NCBI GenBank assembly: GCA_024405635.1
Contig: JAKSOL010000004.1
Span: 1 to 64,000, forward strand
Reading direction: 5' to 3'
From: Salinivirgaceae bacterium
GTDB taxonomy: Bacteria > Bacteroidota > Bacteroidia > Bacteroidales > SZUA-534
Length of the DNA stretch: 64,000 nucleotides
Positions 19,490 through 29,827 of the stretch are shown piece after piece. The position numbers and the translations under genes are program-made. Within the stretch, counting starts at the first letter, position 1, and each line of letters starts with the position of its first letter. The notes under the pieces are model-generated. The model worked only from the letters and a program-made list of their open reading frames with translations. It made no database searches and was not told where the DNA came from.

Positions 19490-22108
19490 TTATTTATCGT
19501 TTTGTTTAATAAGATTTTTCAGTGCGTGACCAAAGTTCAAATAGCCGCAGTTGCCAGCAATGGTGCCTTCGTTTTGTCCCCAAAGGAATGGCCAATCGTC
19601 AAAGTTTTCAAAGTGGTCGGGGTGGCGGAACAAAACGCCAGGAGCCATGTTGCCTGGAATGAATGAGAAGTCGGCGCGGTTGTTGCCGTAGAATACCGAT
19701 TTAGGACGGGTTGCGCCCACAGTTGCTACAAACGAGTAGTTGTGGTATGGGTGGCAACCATATAGCCAAGCTGCAACTTTAAATGCGTAGCTTTTGTCAA
19801 TAATGTCAGGGAAATAGGTAGAAGCAAGGCATACGTTTGATCCGTATTGCACAACCGACGAGTTGCCTGCCCAGTTGCCAAGTCCCAATGGCAATCCGTA
19901 AGGGTTGTCTTTTGCTTGTCCGTCAAGATACTCTTTGTATTTGACCATATAAGGGCGAAGTTTTTTTGCGTATTTGGCGTCCATGTGAGGAATGGCGGCA
20001 ATGGCTGTTGGAACCACACGAGTAAGCATGTGGTCAAGTGCTGGCCAAATTTGTTCCTCAAACTTGGTGCGATATTCTTTTTCGCCAGTAGCAATGTAAA
20101 GTTGCAAGTTAGCAGCCAAACCCGAAGCCATGCCAAACATGTTTTGGTTCGATTGCTGGTTTTGAGCAGGTTTTTTCTTCTTAGCATCGGTTTGAGGAGC
20201 TGGTTCGGGGCGAGGTTGTTCGCCTGGACGATGAGCGCGAGGTGCGTTGCTTTTAATCAGTTCAGTAGCTTCGGCTTGCAAGCGTTTTGATTCGGCAAGT
20301 GCGCGGTTTGCAAGGTCGTCGTTGTAGCCACGAAGCACACGGCTGGCAGCGGCAAGCACATCGGCAGCTTGAAGGTCGCGGTCGGGGTCGCGGCTGGTAA
20401 ATGCCCAAAGGTCGTCGGGAGTTCCGCTCGATTTGCCGTCGGCCGATACCTCGTAAGGTTTAAGCGATGGGTCGTAGTGCAAACCATCGGTTAGCGATGC
20501 TGCATCGCCAAGATGGTGGTAGTTGTCCAATACTGAGTTTGATAAGCATTGCGACATGTGTCCAATTTGCTCGGCTTGAGCTACAAGGTTAAGCACTCCG
20601 TGCTCAATGTATTGCAACATATCGGGTTTGCCGTCGGGACGGTGTAGGTCAACATAACGTTGGTCTTGACTAACAAATGTTTCGTCGCGCATTGGTTTGT
20701 AGCTTTCCCAAATGTTTACAAGGCTTTGCACTACGTTGATGTTTGAGTGTGTTTCAATGTCAAAGTCGCCAGCGTCAAAAAATCCGCCTATGTTCAAACC
20801 TGGAATAAGTTCAAATGGCTTGTATTTGGTGTCGGTGGTTGGACCTTGCCAGTGAAGGTCAAAGTGGTCAACATTTACAGGGGCTTGTAGGTATCCTTCT
20901 TTAAAAGGTTCGCCGTGCCAAATGCGGTAGCCTTCGTTCACAGTCATGTGGTTCATGTGTATTGGAATCCAAACGTCGCTTGTTGCATCGGTAATGCGGT
21001 CATACACATCGTCGCCAATGATAAAGTTATCGGAGCGTGAGTCGGCATATTTAATGTAATAGATGCCAGGTTCGGTAACTTGACTAAAATTGAAGTGAAC
21101 GTAGTTATATTTAAAGTAACGACCCCATTCGCTTACTGCGCCTTTAAATACTTGGCTTTCGCCCTCGGGTGTGATGCGTACAATTGATGCTTCGGGTTGT
21201 ACTTTGTCCATTTTGTCGAGTTCAATAACAGCAATTTTAGGTTGCGATGGCAGATAACCAACTTGCGAAAAACCGATGTTTGGTTTGCGAATCCAACCGT
21301 CGATGGCGTTAGGTTCAATGGTCCAAGTAAGCACTTTGCCGGTTTTTCCGGTTGGTAAAACCGAGCGGAACACAAACCAACCGTTTTGCGCTAACATGCG
21401 GCCGTCGTAAAGGTTGATGTCAGAATCGGTTGACGATATGCGTACTGTGCGCTCTGGATCTTCGGGAGCAATTATAAAGTTTCGTCCTGTTGACATTGGA
21501 AGTGGGTCAACAAATTGTCCGGTTCCGCGGTCGTCGTAGGTTTTGTAACCTTTAAATTGTTTCTTTTTCTCCTCGTTTGGACGAACAATGGTGTTGCTCA
21601 CAGCATAGCGAGGCAAGCGTTGTGCTTTGCCGTCAACTAAATACGATTTGTTCCAATATTGCGATGGGAGAAATTCGATGTTGAAACCAGCATCGCCTTC
21701 AAGTTCTGCAGGAACTGGTTTATCAAGGTAAACTGCTATTTCAACGCCTTTGCCTTTGCCAGTAACCACAATGCGTGAATCGAAGTTGTAGTCGTTGTAG
21801 CGTAATGCAACCTCAATGCTGTTTTGGTCGGTGTTAACTTGGCGGTTGGTGGTAAAAGGCACAAGGTCCCATTGCTCGGGTGTGTTGTTTAGCCTTATGG
21901 CTCCACCTTGAATGGTGCGAACACCATGGTGAATAACCTCAATGCCTGAGTTTTTTTCGTCGTTAAAACCGCCGTTGTATAAGTTGTTGTAAACTAATAC
22001 GTTAACGCCTTGTTGCTCAAAGTAGCCAAGGTCGTTAATCTTTAAATCCTGTGCGCAAACGCACGCGGGTGCTGCTAGTGCTAATAGCAGCTTAAGGGTC
22101 TTTTTCAT
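19490..22108 (-). CDS. Glycoside hydrolase family 9 protein with N-terminal and Ig-like domains
   Basis: Signal peptide; SQVGYLP...KIAVI and EPGIY Ig-like segment; GGFFDAGDFD (DAGD) motif; C-terminal NEGTI catalytic Glu region. Confidence 0.8.
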   Translation of the reverse strand: MKKTLKLLLALAAPACVCAQDLKINDLGYFEQQGVNVLVYNNLYNGGFNDEKNSGIEVIHHGVRTIQGGAIRLNNTPEQWDLVPFTTNRQVNTDQNSIEVALRYNDYNFDSRIVVTGKGKGVEIAVYLDKPVPAELEGDAGFNIEFLPSQYWNKSYLVDGKAQRLPRYAVSNTIVRPNEEKKKQFKGYKTYDDRGTGQFVDPLPMSTGRNFIIAPEDPERTVRISSTDSDINLYDGRMLAQNGWFVFRSVLPTGKTGKVLTWTIEPNAIDGWIRKPNIGFSQVGYLPSQPKIAVIELDKMDKVQPEASIVRITPEGESQVFKGAVSEWGRYFKYNYVHFNFSQVTEPGIYYIKYADSRSDNFIIGDDVYDRITDATSDVWIPIHMNHMTVNEGYRIWHGEPFKEGYLQAPVNVDHFDLHWQGPTTDTKYKPFELIPGLNIGGFFDAGDFDIETHSNINVVQSLVNIWESYKPMRDETFVSQDQRYVDLHRPDGKPDMLQYIEHGVLNLVAQAEQIGHMSQCLSNSVLDNYHHLGDAASLTDGLHYDPSLKPYEVSADGKSSGTPDDLWAFTSRDPDRDLQAADVLAAASRVLRGYNDDLANRALAESKRLQAEATELIKSNAPRAHRPGEQPRPEPAPQTDAKKKKPAQNQQSNQNMFGMASGLAANLQLYIATGEKEYRTKFEEQIWPALDHMLTRVVPTAIAAIPHMDAKYAKKLRPYMVKYKEYLDGQAKDNPYGLPLGLGNWAGNSSVVQYGSNVCLASTYFPDIIDKSYAFKVAAWLYGCHPYHNYSFVATVGATRPKSVFYGNNRADFSFIPGNMAPGVLFRHPDHFENFDDWPFLWGQNEGTIAGNCGYLNFGHALKNLIKQNDK

Positions 22109-22409
22109 AGTAAAATGGTTAAATATTATTTACAAATATATTTATGGGGATGAATTTTGCAAATTAGTTCAGTAGGTGTTTTGTGTTGCTAATCATTGCG
22201 TTATGTCAGTTTGTTTTGTGGCTAAAACTTGTATAAGCAAATAATGAATGTGCGAATGGTGGTTATTTTTGTTCACTGAACACGCCATTCGCACAGTGTG
22301 TTGTTAGTTATATTAATGGTTTTTAAATCTCGAAAAGCCTTTGGGTTGTGTTTATCGGGCAACCTACCAATAAAAAATAGTACCTTCGGCCCCACAAATA
22401 AATAAGCCA

Positions 22410-23285
22410 ATGTCGAAAAAACAGAAACAATCGTTCCACAGACGCATGTTGTCGCAGTTTAGGTTTGTTATTCTAAACGAGCGTACACTAAAAGAGGTAT
22501 GGAGCGTTATTCTTTCGCTGCGCAATGTGTTGTTCCTCGTTTCGCTTATTGTTGCATTTCTTGTAGGAATGGGCATATTGCTCATTACGTTTACACCATT
22601 GCGCGAGTATGTTCCTGGCTATCCGCAAGAGTCGGAGCGTCAATTGTTTATCCGTAATCTTTACCGCATCGATTCGCTTGAGAGTGAGCTACTTCAGCGT
22701 GATGCTTATGTTGATAACATTCGTCGTATTCTTGAAAATCGCGAAACATTGCCGCATTATACCGAGCGTGATAGTGTGCGTGTAACGGCATCAACTAAAA
22801 ATATTCCGCCAGTACCAGTTATCGATTCGTCGCTTTACCAACATGTGAGCGATGAGCAGTTTTCGGTTCGCACAATAGCCTATGAGTCGATGGTAAACAC
22901 AAGCATCAATGCTTTGCGCATGCACTTTTATTGCCCAATAAGAGGCAGTGTGTCAAATAATTTCAACATAAAAGAAACTCATTATGGTATCGATATAGTG
23001 TCTGATTCAAAAGCGCCAATTCTTTCGGTGCTCGATGGTACCGTTATTTTTTCGGCATGGACACTGGAAACAGGTTACGTTATAGCACTTCAGCATAACG
23101 GAAACATTGTGTCGATTTATAAACACAATTCGGTACTGCTTAAAAAAATGGGCGACCGTGTGAGTGCGGGTGAGCCTATTGGCATTATTGGCAATACTGG
23201 CGAATATACTACTGGAACTCACCTTCATTTTGAACTTTGGCAAGACGGACAGCCACTTAATCCGGCTGACTATATAACTTTTTAA
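22410..23285 (+). CDS. M23 family metallopeptidase (peptidoglycan endopeptidase)
   Basis: N-terminal TM; HYGIDI, YKH, GNTG and HLHFE zinc motifs. Confidence 0.92.
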   Translation: MSKKQKQSFHRRMLSQFRFVILNERTLKEVWSVILSLRNVLFLVSLIVAFLVGMGILLITFTPLREYVPGYPQESERQLFIRNLYRIDSLESELLQRDAYVDNIRRILENRETLPHYTERDSVRVTASTKNIPPVPVIDSSLYQHVSDEQFSVRTIAYESMVNTSINALRMHFYCPIRGSVSNNFNIKETHYGIDIVSDSKAPILSVLDGTVIFSAWTLETGYVIALQHNGNIVSIYKHNSVLLKKMGDRVSAGEPIGIIGNTGEYTTGTHLHFELWQDGQPLNPADYITF

Positions 23286-23289
23286 TACT

Positions 23290-24441
23290 GTGGAAAACGT
23301 TAAACACATAGCCGTACTAGGCTCAACAGGTTCAATAGGAACCCAAACTCTTGATGTTGTTCGTGCTCATACCGATAAGGTTGTGGCCGAAGTGCTAACT
23401 GCAAACCGCAATGCCGATTTGCTAATTCAGCAAGCAATTGAATTTAAGCCAAATGCAGTGGTTATTGCCGACGAAAGTCAGTACCAAAAAGTTAAAGATG
23501 CTTTGGCAAACACCGATACTAAGGTTTTTGCGGGCAGCAAAGCTATTGAGCAAGTTGTTCAGTTTGGAACTGTTGACACTGTGGTGACCGCAATGGTTGG
23601 TTATGCCGGATTGTCGTCAACCATAAAGGCTATTGAGGCTGGCAAAAACATTGCTTTGTCAAACAAAGAAACGCTTGTGGTGGCTGGCGAGTTGATTAAT
23701 CAATTGGTTGAAAAGCATAAAGTTAGCGTTACTCCAGTCGATTCAGAACACTCGGCAATTTTTCAATGCCTAATGGGTGAGGGCGAAATTGAAAAGTTGA
23801 TACTTACCGCTTCTGGAGGTCCATTCCGCACCAAAACACTCGACGAGTTGCGCAATGTTACACCTGCACAAGCTCTTAAACATCCAAATTGGAGCATGGG
23901 CGCTAAGGTTACAATCGATTCGGCATCAATGATGAACAAAGGTCTTGAAGTGATTGAAGCTCATTGGTTGTTTGGTGTGCCTTATGACAAAATTGAGGTG
24001 TCGGTTCATCCGCAATCAATAATACACAGCATGGTGCAGTTTGTCGATGGCAGTGTTAAAGCTCAAATGGGTTTGCCCGACATGCGTTTGCCTATTCAGT
24101 TTGCATTGAGCTACCCCGACCGCTGGCCATCTGACTTTAAGCGTATGGATTTTGCAACTCAGCAACCGCTTACTTTTGAGGCTCCAGACCTTAACAAATT
24201 CAAATGCCTTGCGTTGGCTTATCGTGCGTTGGGCAAAGGCGGCAACGAAACTGCCATTATGAATGCAGCAAATGAGGTGGCTGTGGCTGCTTTCTTGCAA
24301 GAAAAAATTAGTTTCCTTGGCATTGCCGACACTATTGAGAAAACTATGGACAATGTTGCGTTTATTGCAAAACCAACTTATGCCGACCTTGTGGCTACCG
24401 ACACTGAGGCTCGCGCTTTTGCCCAAAGTTTGATTAAATAA
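23290..24441 (+). CDS. dxr: 1-deoxy-D-xylulose-5-phosphate reductoisomerase
   Basis: LGSTGSIG, NKETLV, PVDSEHSAIFQ, HPNWSMG, MNKGLE. Confidence 0.97.
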   Translation: MENVKHIAVLGSTGSIGTQTLDVVRAHTDKVVAEVLTANRNADLLIQQAIEFKPNAVVIADESQYQKVKDALANTDTKVFAGSKAIEQVVQFGTVDTVVTAMVGYAGLSSTIKAIEAGKNIALSNKETLVVAGELINQLVEKHKVSVTPVDSEHSAIFQCLMGEGEIEKLILTASGGPFRTKTLDELRNVTPAQALKHPNWSMGAKVTIDSASMMNKGLEVIEAHWLFGVPYDKIEVSVHPQSIIHSMVQFVDGSVKAQMGLPDMRLPIQFALSYPDRWPSDFKRMDFATQQPLTFEAPDLNKFKCLALAYRALGKGGNETAIMNAANEVAVAAFLQEKISFLGIADTIEKTMDNVAFIAKPTYADLVATDTEARAFAQSLIK

Positions 24442-24483
24442 ATTTGGTTTTTTATCGTTATACCGAAAAAATAGTAAAACATT

Positions 24484-25950
24484 ATGGATATACTAATCAG
24501 AGTAGCACAACTATTAGTTAGCTTGTCGTTGTTAATTGTGATTCACGAGTTTGGCCATTTTATGTGGGCCCGACTTTTTGGTACTCGAGTTGAAAAATTC
24601 TACATGTTCTTCGATACCAAATTTTCAATCTTCCGTTGCAAACGTCTCAACGACGGCAAAATGCACTTCAAATTTTTTGCTCCCAATGTGCCCGATGCTT
24701 ACGAAACCATTGAGGGAGTTGACGAGAACGGTAAAAAGAAAATAACCTACAAACAAATCGATTTAGACACTTTGCCCGAAGACGATTGGCGCCGCTCTGA
24801 TGCAACAGAGTACGGCTTGGGTTGGTTGCCTTTTGGTGGCTACGTTAAAATTGCCGGAATGATTGACGAGTCGATGGACGAGGCTCAAATGTCGTTGCCT
24901 GCCAAGCCTGATGAGTTTCGCTCAAAAAAACCATGGCAACGTTTGTTGGTTATGGTGGGCGGAGTGCTCAACAACCTTATTATGGCAGTAATTATCTACA
25001 CTGGCATTTTGTACGTTTGGGGCGAAGAATATCTGCCAACCGAAAACTTAAAATATGGCGTTGTTTGCGATTCTACAGCTTTGGCTGCTGGCTTGCAAAA
25101 TGGCGACAAGATTTTAACCATCGACGGACAAAAGGTTGACAAAGCAACTGGCATTGCTGCTTACATTGTACTTAACGGTGCTCGCACCATTCAAGTTGAG
25201 CGCAACGGTGTAAACGTTGAAATATCATTAACCGACAGCGTTATAAAACCAATTCTTGACGGAGCAGCATTTGTGTCGCCTCGTTTCCCATTCATTGCAG
25301 GAGGTTTTGCCGAAGAGTCGGCTGCCAAAGTAGCTGGAGTTGAAGTGGGCGACCGCATTGTTGGAATCGATACTATTGAAACCCCATTTTTTGACCAATT
25401 CCGTGCAGTTGTGGGCAATTATAAAGACACAACCGTTAACCTATTGATTGAACGCAACGGAGCTCGCCAAGCTCTGCAAGTTGCAATTCCAAGCACAGGA
25501 ATGATTGGTGTTGCTGCTAGCACCGACAATTTGTTTGAATTGCGCCATGTTGAATATGGTTTGCTTGAGTCTATTCCAGCAGGCATTAAAAAGTCGTATG
25601 CCGTTGCTGCCGACTACCTAAAACAATTTAAACTGCTTGTGCGCCCCGAAACTAAAGCTTACGAATCGCTTGGTGGATTTATTGCCATAGGCAAAATATT
25701 CCCAACCGAGTGGCATTGGCAAACATTTTGGAGCCTTACAGGTTTCTTTAGCATTATGCTGGCAGTGCTAAACATTCTGCCCATTCCAGCTCTCGATGGC
25801 GGCCACGTTATGTTTACACTTTACGAAATTATAACTCGCCGCAAACCAAGCGACAAATTCCTTGAATATGCACAAATGATTGGCCTTGCATTGTTGTTTG
25901 CTCTGCTTATTTATGCCAACGGAAACGATATAGTTAAATTGTTCCGATAA
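24484..25950 (+). CDS. rseP: RIP metalloprotease RseP with PDZ domains
   Basis: HEFGH, GGYVKIAGM, NILPIPALDGGH; dxr-rseP synteny. Confidence 0.95.
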   Translation: MDILIRVAQLLVSLSLLIVIHEFGHFMWARLFGTRVEKFYMFFDTKFSIFRCKRLNDGKMHFKFFAPNVPDAYETIEGVDENGKKKITYKQIDLDTLPEDDWRRSDATEYGLGWLPFGGYVKIAGMIDESMDEAQMSLPAKPDEFRSKKPWQRLLVMVGGVLNNLIMAVIIYTGILYVWGEEYLPTENLKYGVVCDSTALAAGLQNGDKILTIDGQKVDKATGIAAYIVLNGARTIQVERNGVNVEISLTDSVIKPILDGAAFVSPRFPFIAGGFAEESAAKVAGVEVGDRIVGIDTIETPFFDQFRAVVGNYKDTTVNLLIERNGARQALQVAIPSTGMIGVAASTDNLFELRHVEYGLLESIPAGIKKSYAVAADYLKQFKLLVRPETKAYESLGGFIAIGKIFPTEWHWQTFWSLTGFFSIMLAVLNILPIPALDGGHVMFTLYEIITRRKPSDKFLEYAQMIGLALLFALLIYANGNDIVKLFR

Positions 25951-26618
25951 TGGCAACAGCTAAAAAATCGACCATACCGCCAACCCGATTCGACGATTCG
26001 GTTGACGACTATGTTGCTTCGCACTCAACGCCTGCCGATGCGCTGCTAACTGAACTCGAACGCTCAACATACGTCAACTACTTGCGTCCACACATGGTTG
26101 CCGGGCACATTCAAGGCAAAGTTTTAGAAATGCTTAGCTGCATGATGCAACCCAAACGCATACTCGAATTGGGCACATTTACCGGTTATTCGGCTTTGTG
26201 CCTGGCAAAAGGCCTTGCACCCGATGGCGAACTGCACACCATTGACATAAACGACGAACTTGAAGATTTTACACGCTCGTTTTTCAACCGTAGTCCGCAC
26301 GCCTCGCAAATACATTATCATTTGGGCGATGCGCGAGACATTATTCCAACCTTGGGCGGCAACTTCGATATGGCTTTTATTGATGCCGACAAACGCGAAT
26401 ACCCTGAGTATTACGAACTTGTGTTTAAATCGGTACGCGTTGGTGGCTTTATTATTGCCGACGATGTGTTGTGGTACGGCAAAGTGCTTACTGATACCGA
26501 TGCCTTTACCCGTGCTTTGCAGCAATTTAACGATATGGTAATGGCCGACTCTCGCGTCGAGAATGTGATTTTCCCTATTCGCGATGGCTTGATGGTGGCT
26601 CGCAAAGTTTGCGAATAG
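25950..26618 (+). CDS. SAM-dependent O-methyltransferase (CCoAOMT/YrrM-like)
   Basis: ILELGTFTGYS, FIDADK, DDVLW motifs. Confidence 0.88.
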   Translation: MATAKKSTIPPTRFDDSVDDYVASHSTPADALLTELERSTYVNYLRPHMVAGHIQGKVLEMLSCMMQPKRILELGTFTGYSALCLAKGLAPDGELHTIDINDELEDFTRSFFNRSPHASQIHYHLGDARDIIPTLGGNFDMAFIDADKREYPEYYELVFKSVRVGGFIIADDVLWYGKVLTDTDAFTRALQQFNDMVMADSRVENVIFPIRDGLMVARKVCE

Positions 26619-26650
26619 TAGCAAAATTTTAAGCATTAGTAGTTATTCGC

Positions 26651-27322
26651 ATGAAGACAATTGCGCGTATTTACAACGATTTTACCGAAAAATTTGGTGT
26701 GCCGCGTCAAAGCGGTATTGTAAATGCAGTGCAAAGCCAAATTGTTTTTGAGCCAGAGTGCAGAAACATTGATGCCGTGCGTGGGCTCGAAGGCTTTTCG
26801 CACTTGTGGATTCTATGGAGTTTTTCGCAAAACCGACACAACGAGTGGTCACCAACCGTTAGACCGCCCCGCCTTGGAGGCAACGAGCGCATAGGTGTGT
26901 TTGCTACACGATCGCCATACCGGCCCAACGCAATAGGCTTGTCGTGTGTGAAAATCGAAAGCATCGACCTACGTTGCCCTCATGCTCCAATAATTATTGT
27001 GAGTGGAGCCGATTTGGTTAACAACACTCCCATTTTCGACATTAAACCCTATGTGCCATACGCCGATTGTATTCCAGAAGCAACTGGTGGTTTTACCGAT
27101 AGCGTGCCTCGCAAACAACTTAAAGTGCAATTTGCCGATGGAGTTGCAGCTGCCGTTCCTGCCGAAAAAATGCAGTCGCTGATTGAAGTACTGGCAACCG
27201 ATCCGCGTCCCGCTTATCACAACGATGCAAATCGAATTTACGGCATGTCGTTTGCCAACCTAAACGTTAGCTTTCGAGTAAATAACGCAACGGTTGAAAT
27301 AATTGCAGTTGTAAATGGTTGA
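26651..27322 (+). CDS. trmO: tRNA (N6-threonylcarbamoyladenosine-37-N6)-methyltransferase TrmO (TsaA)
   Basis: KFGVPRQS, VRPPRLGGN, GVFATRSPYRPN, DIKPY, DPRPAY. Confidence 0.92.
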   Translation: MKTIARIYNDFTEKFGVPRQSGIVNAVQSQIVFEPECRNIDAVRGLEGFSHLWILWSFSQNRHNEWSPTVRPPRLGGNERIGVFATRSPYRPNAIGLSCVKIESIDLRCPHAPIIIVSGADLVNNTPIFDIKPYVPYADCIPEATGGFTDSVPRKQLKVQFADGVAAAVPAEKMQSLIEVLATDPRPAYHNDANRIYGMSFANLNVSFRVNNATVEIIAVVNG

Positions 27323-27430
27323 TAATCAATAGTAAAACAAAATATTGTTGTTTTTTTTCTTTTTGTGTGTAGTAAAACTCCTAGTAGGTGCGTCAAATGT
27401 GCGAACGTTCATAAATACTAAAACTTAATT

Positions 27431-27904
27431 ATGAAAATGGATCAAAAATTATTTGAAAATCTTGTACGCGAAAATCGAAGTACAATATACACGGTGTGCT
27501 ATATGTTTTCAAAAGATGCAAACGAGGTGGCCGATCTTTTTCAAGAAGTGCTTATAAACATTTGGAAAGGAATAGACAGATTTGAAGGGCGCAGTAATGT
27601 TAAAACGTGGATTTACCGAATTAGCCTTAACACTTGCATTAGTTTTGATCGCAAGCGAAAAAAGGCTACTAAGTTGGAAATGTCTGCAAATTTTTTTACT
27701 GAAACCGACAACGATAGCCGCCAAGTTGAATTGTTGCACAAACGTATAAGCATACTTCAGCCGTTTGATAGGGCTATTGTGCTACTATGGCTCGAGAGTA
27801 TAAGCTACGACGAAATTGGCGCAATAGTAGGCATATCGGCCAAAAATGTGGCAGTGCGTCTAACCCGCATTCGTGAACAGTTAAAAAACATGTCGAACGA
27901 TTAA
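27431..27904 (+). CDS. ECF-type RNA polymerase sigma-70 factor
   Basis: DLFQEVLINIWK, TWIYRISLN (region 2); SYDEIGAIVGIS..NVAVRLTR (region 4 HTH). Confidence 0.92.
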   Translation: MKMDQKLFENLVRENRSTIYTVCYMFSKDANEVADLFQEVLINIWKGIDRFEGRSNVKTWIYRISLNTCISFDRKRKKATKLEMSANFFTETDNDSRQVELLHKRISILQPFDRAIVLLWLESISYDEIGAIVGISAKNVAVRLTRIREQLKNMSND

Positions 27905-27917
27905 TCATTGTATCATT

Positions 27918-28508
27918 ATGGAAAATTTAAATACATACGTAGAGTTTGAGGAGATGCGAACCCAACTTAATATTTTGACAGAAAAATTAAATGCCGAGCG
28001 AATAATTAGTGATAAAATGGTGCGTGTGGCAACACAAAGCCGCATGCGTTGGTTAACTATCGATGCTAAATTGGGACGATATATAGCACCTCCAATATAT
28101 GTGATGCTTTGCATATCATTTTATTTGCTCACTCAAAACATTCCGTTTACTATTTATTCAGTGTTATTGTTTACGGCTGCTTGCATTGGCCAAAGAATTT
28201 ACTCAAATGACATAGCCGACAAGAACTTATGGGACAAGACCCTGTTAGAGATAGTGCAAAAATTAGCAAGAGCTCGTAAAATAAACGAAAACTGGTACAA
28301 ATTTGGAGTGCCGTTAGGTGGGTTGTGGATAATTTGGTGCGGATCAATTATGAGCAAAACAATACCAAACTTTTCATTTGGTTTATATATAGGTGCTCTT
28401 ATAGGATTAGTTTTTGGTTTTTTAATACGGTGGTTTGTTAACCGTAGGTTTAAGTCGGTTGAAGATAACTTGACAGAGGTGATTGAAATGGAGAAAAATA
28501 ACGAATAG
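27918..28508 (+). CDS. Membrane protein, probable anti-sigma partner of the upstream ECF
   Basis: About 4 TM helices; 13 nt downstream of the ECF gene; function inferred from position only. Confidence 0.55.
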   Translation: MENLNTYVEFEEMRTQLNILTEKLNAERIISDKMVRVATQSRMRWLTIDAKLGRYIAPPIYVMLCISFYLLTQNIPFTIYSVLLFTAACIGQRIYSNDIADKNLWDKTLLEIVQKLARARKINENWYKFGVPLGGLWIIWCGSIMSKTIPNFSFGLYIGALIGLVFGFLIRWFVNRRFKSVEDNLTEVIEMEKNNE

Positions 28509-28511
28509 AAC

Positions 28512-28552
28512 AAAACGCCACTGAATGCAACTGCAACAGTGGCGTTTTTTTT
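28512..28552 (+). terminator. Intrinsic terminator
   Basis: AAAACGCCACTG...CAGTGGCGTTTT followed by a T run. Confidence 0.8.
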
Positions 28553-28696
28553 GAATAATAATTTTTGGAGAGGTGCGCAGCAACGCGTATTAAAGGAGCA
28601 ATAAGCATAAAATTAAAATGATAATCGGTTCTCTTCGTTTAATAATTCAGTCTAAAAAGTATATCTTCGTTTCCAATCAATAAAAACGTTAAAACT

Positions 28697-29740
28697 ATGT
28701 TAGTAATAATTTTTGCGGCGCTGATGTTTGCCGCTGTTGTTTGGCACTACAAGTCGTTGCGTAAACTGGGCGCAACAAACAGTCAATCAATTAAATTGAT
28801 GATTATTGAGGCTGTTATTAGCTTGGTGGCAGGATATGCTTTTTTCAAGGGCGCAAATGTTGCAAACCCTAAACTATTGTCGGTTGTACTTTATTCTATT
28901 GTACTACCATTGGGTTTCTTTTGGGTTATTTTGTTGCGTAAAGAGATGCTTAGAGGGTGCATGTCGCAAACCTTGTTTTTTATAGTTGTGTGGTCGGTTG
29001 GTCTAACTGCAACTTATGCATGCGAAGTTAAAAGCCAAGCCTCGGCATCGGCTACCGAAACCGAATATGCAGCGCAATTTGCAAGCGATACCTACACAAC
29101 ACAAAGCGGTAAGCAAGTGTCCATCAGTTTTATTAAACACGGCACTTTAATGTTTAATATCGATGGTCAGATTGTGCACATTGACCCTGTTGCAATGTTT
29201 GGTACCGACTACACCAAAATGCCAAAGGCTGATGTGGTGCTTGTTACTCACGAACATGCCGACCATTTGGACACTGTTGCCATTGCTGCCATTAAAAAGG
29301 CCGAAACTAAATTTTATAGCAACGGGCGTGTGGCTGAAATAACAGGCAAGAGTACCGCAATGAGCATAGGCGATTCGGTTCAGTTTAACGGTTTTAGCGT
29401 TACTGCTGTGGCAGCATACAACAACACTCCCGGCCGCGAAAATTTTCACCCAAAAGGCCGCGATGTGGGGTATATTATTAATGTTGATGGTTTTAGGATT
29501 TATGTGGCAGGCGACACCGAAAACATTGACGAGATGAACAATCTTGGCAAGATTGATGTTGCATTTTTACCTGTAAATCAACCTTATACAATGACTCCTG
29601 ACCAATGCATTGCAGCTTTGGAAATGATAAATCCAACAGTGGCTTATCCTTACCATTATGGTGAGACTAATCTTGACCCTATTGTTAAGCATTTTTTCAA
29701 AACCGACTCAATAAGAATTGAGGTTCGCGAGTTGCAATAG
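28697..29740 (+). CDS. Metallo-beta-lactamase-fold hydrolase with N-terminal membrane segment
   Basis: THEHADH (HxHxDH), IDP, YVAGDT, PYHY motifs. Confidence 0.85.
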   Translation: MLVIIFAALMFAAVVWHYKSLRKLGATNSQSIKLMIIEAVISLVAGYAFFKGANVANPKLLSVVLYSIVLPLGFFWVILLRKEMLRGCMSQTLFFIVVWSVGLTATYACEVKSQASASATETEYAAQFASDTYTTQSGKQVSISFIKHGTLMFNIDGQIVHIDPVAMFGTDYTKMPKADVVLVTHEHADHLDTVAIAAIKKAETKFYSNGRVAEITGKSTAMSIGDSVQFNGFSVTAVAAYNNTPGRENFHPKGRDVGYIINVDGFRIYVAGDTENIDEMNNLGKIDVAFLPVNQPYTMTPDQCIAALEMINPTVAYPYHYGETNLDPIVKHFFKTDSIRIEVRELQ

Positions 29741-29764
29741 CTATTTTACTAAAACGATAAATGC

Positions 29765-29804
29765 AACAAAGGCGAAGTGGAGAATTTCCCGCTTCGCCTT
29801 TGTT
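29765..29804. terminator. Bidirectional terminator between convergent genes
   Basis: AACAAAGGCGAAG...CTTCGCCTTTGTT. Confidence 0.75.
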
Positions 29805-29827
29805 ATGTTATAAGCAACCAACTGCCG

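Noticed and set aside
24620-24810. About 55-aa insertion near the RseP N-terminus (and a periplasmic insertion in the AGCS symporter)
   Set aside because: No intein or repeat signatures; looks like ordinary lineage-specific loop variation
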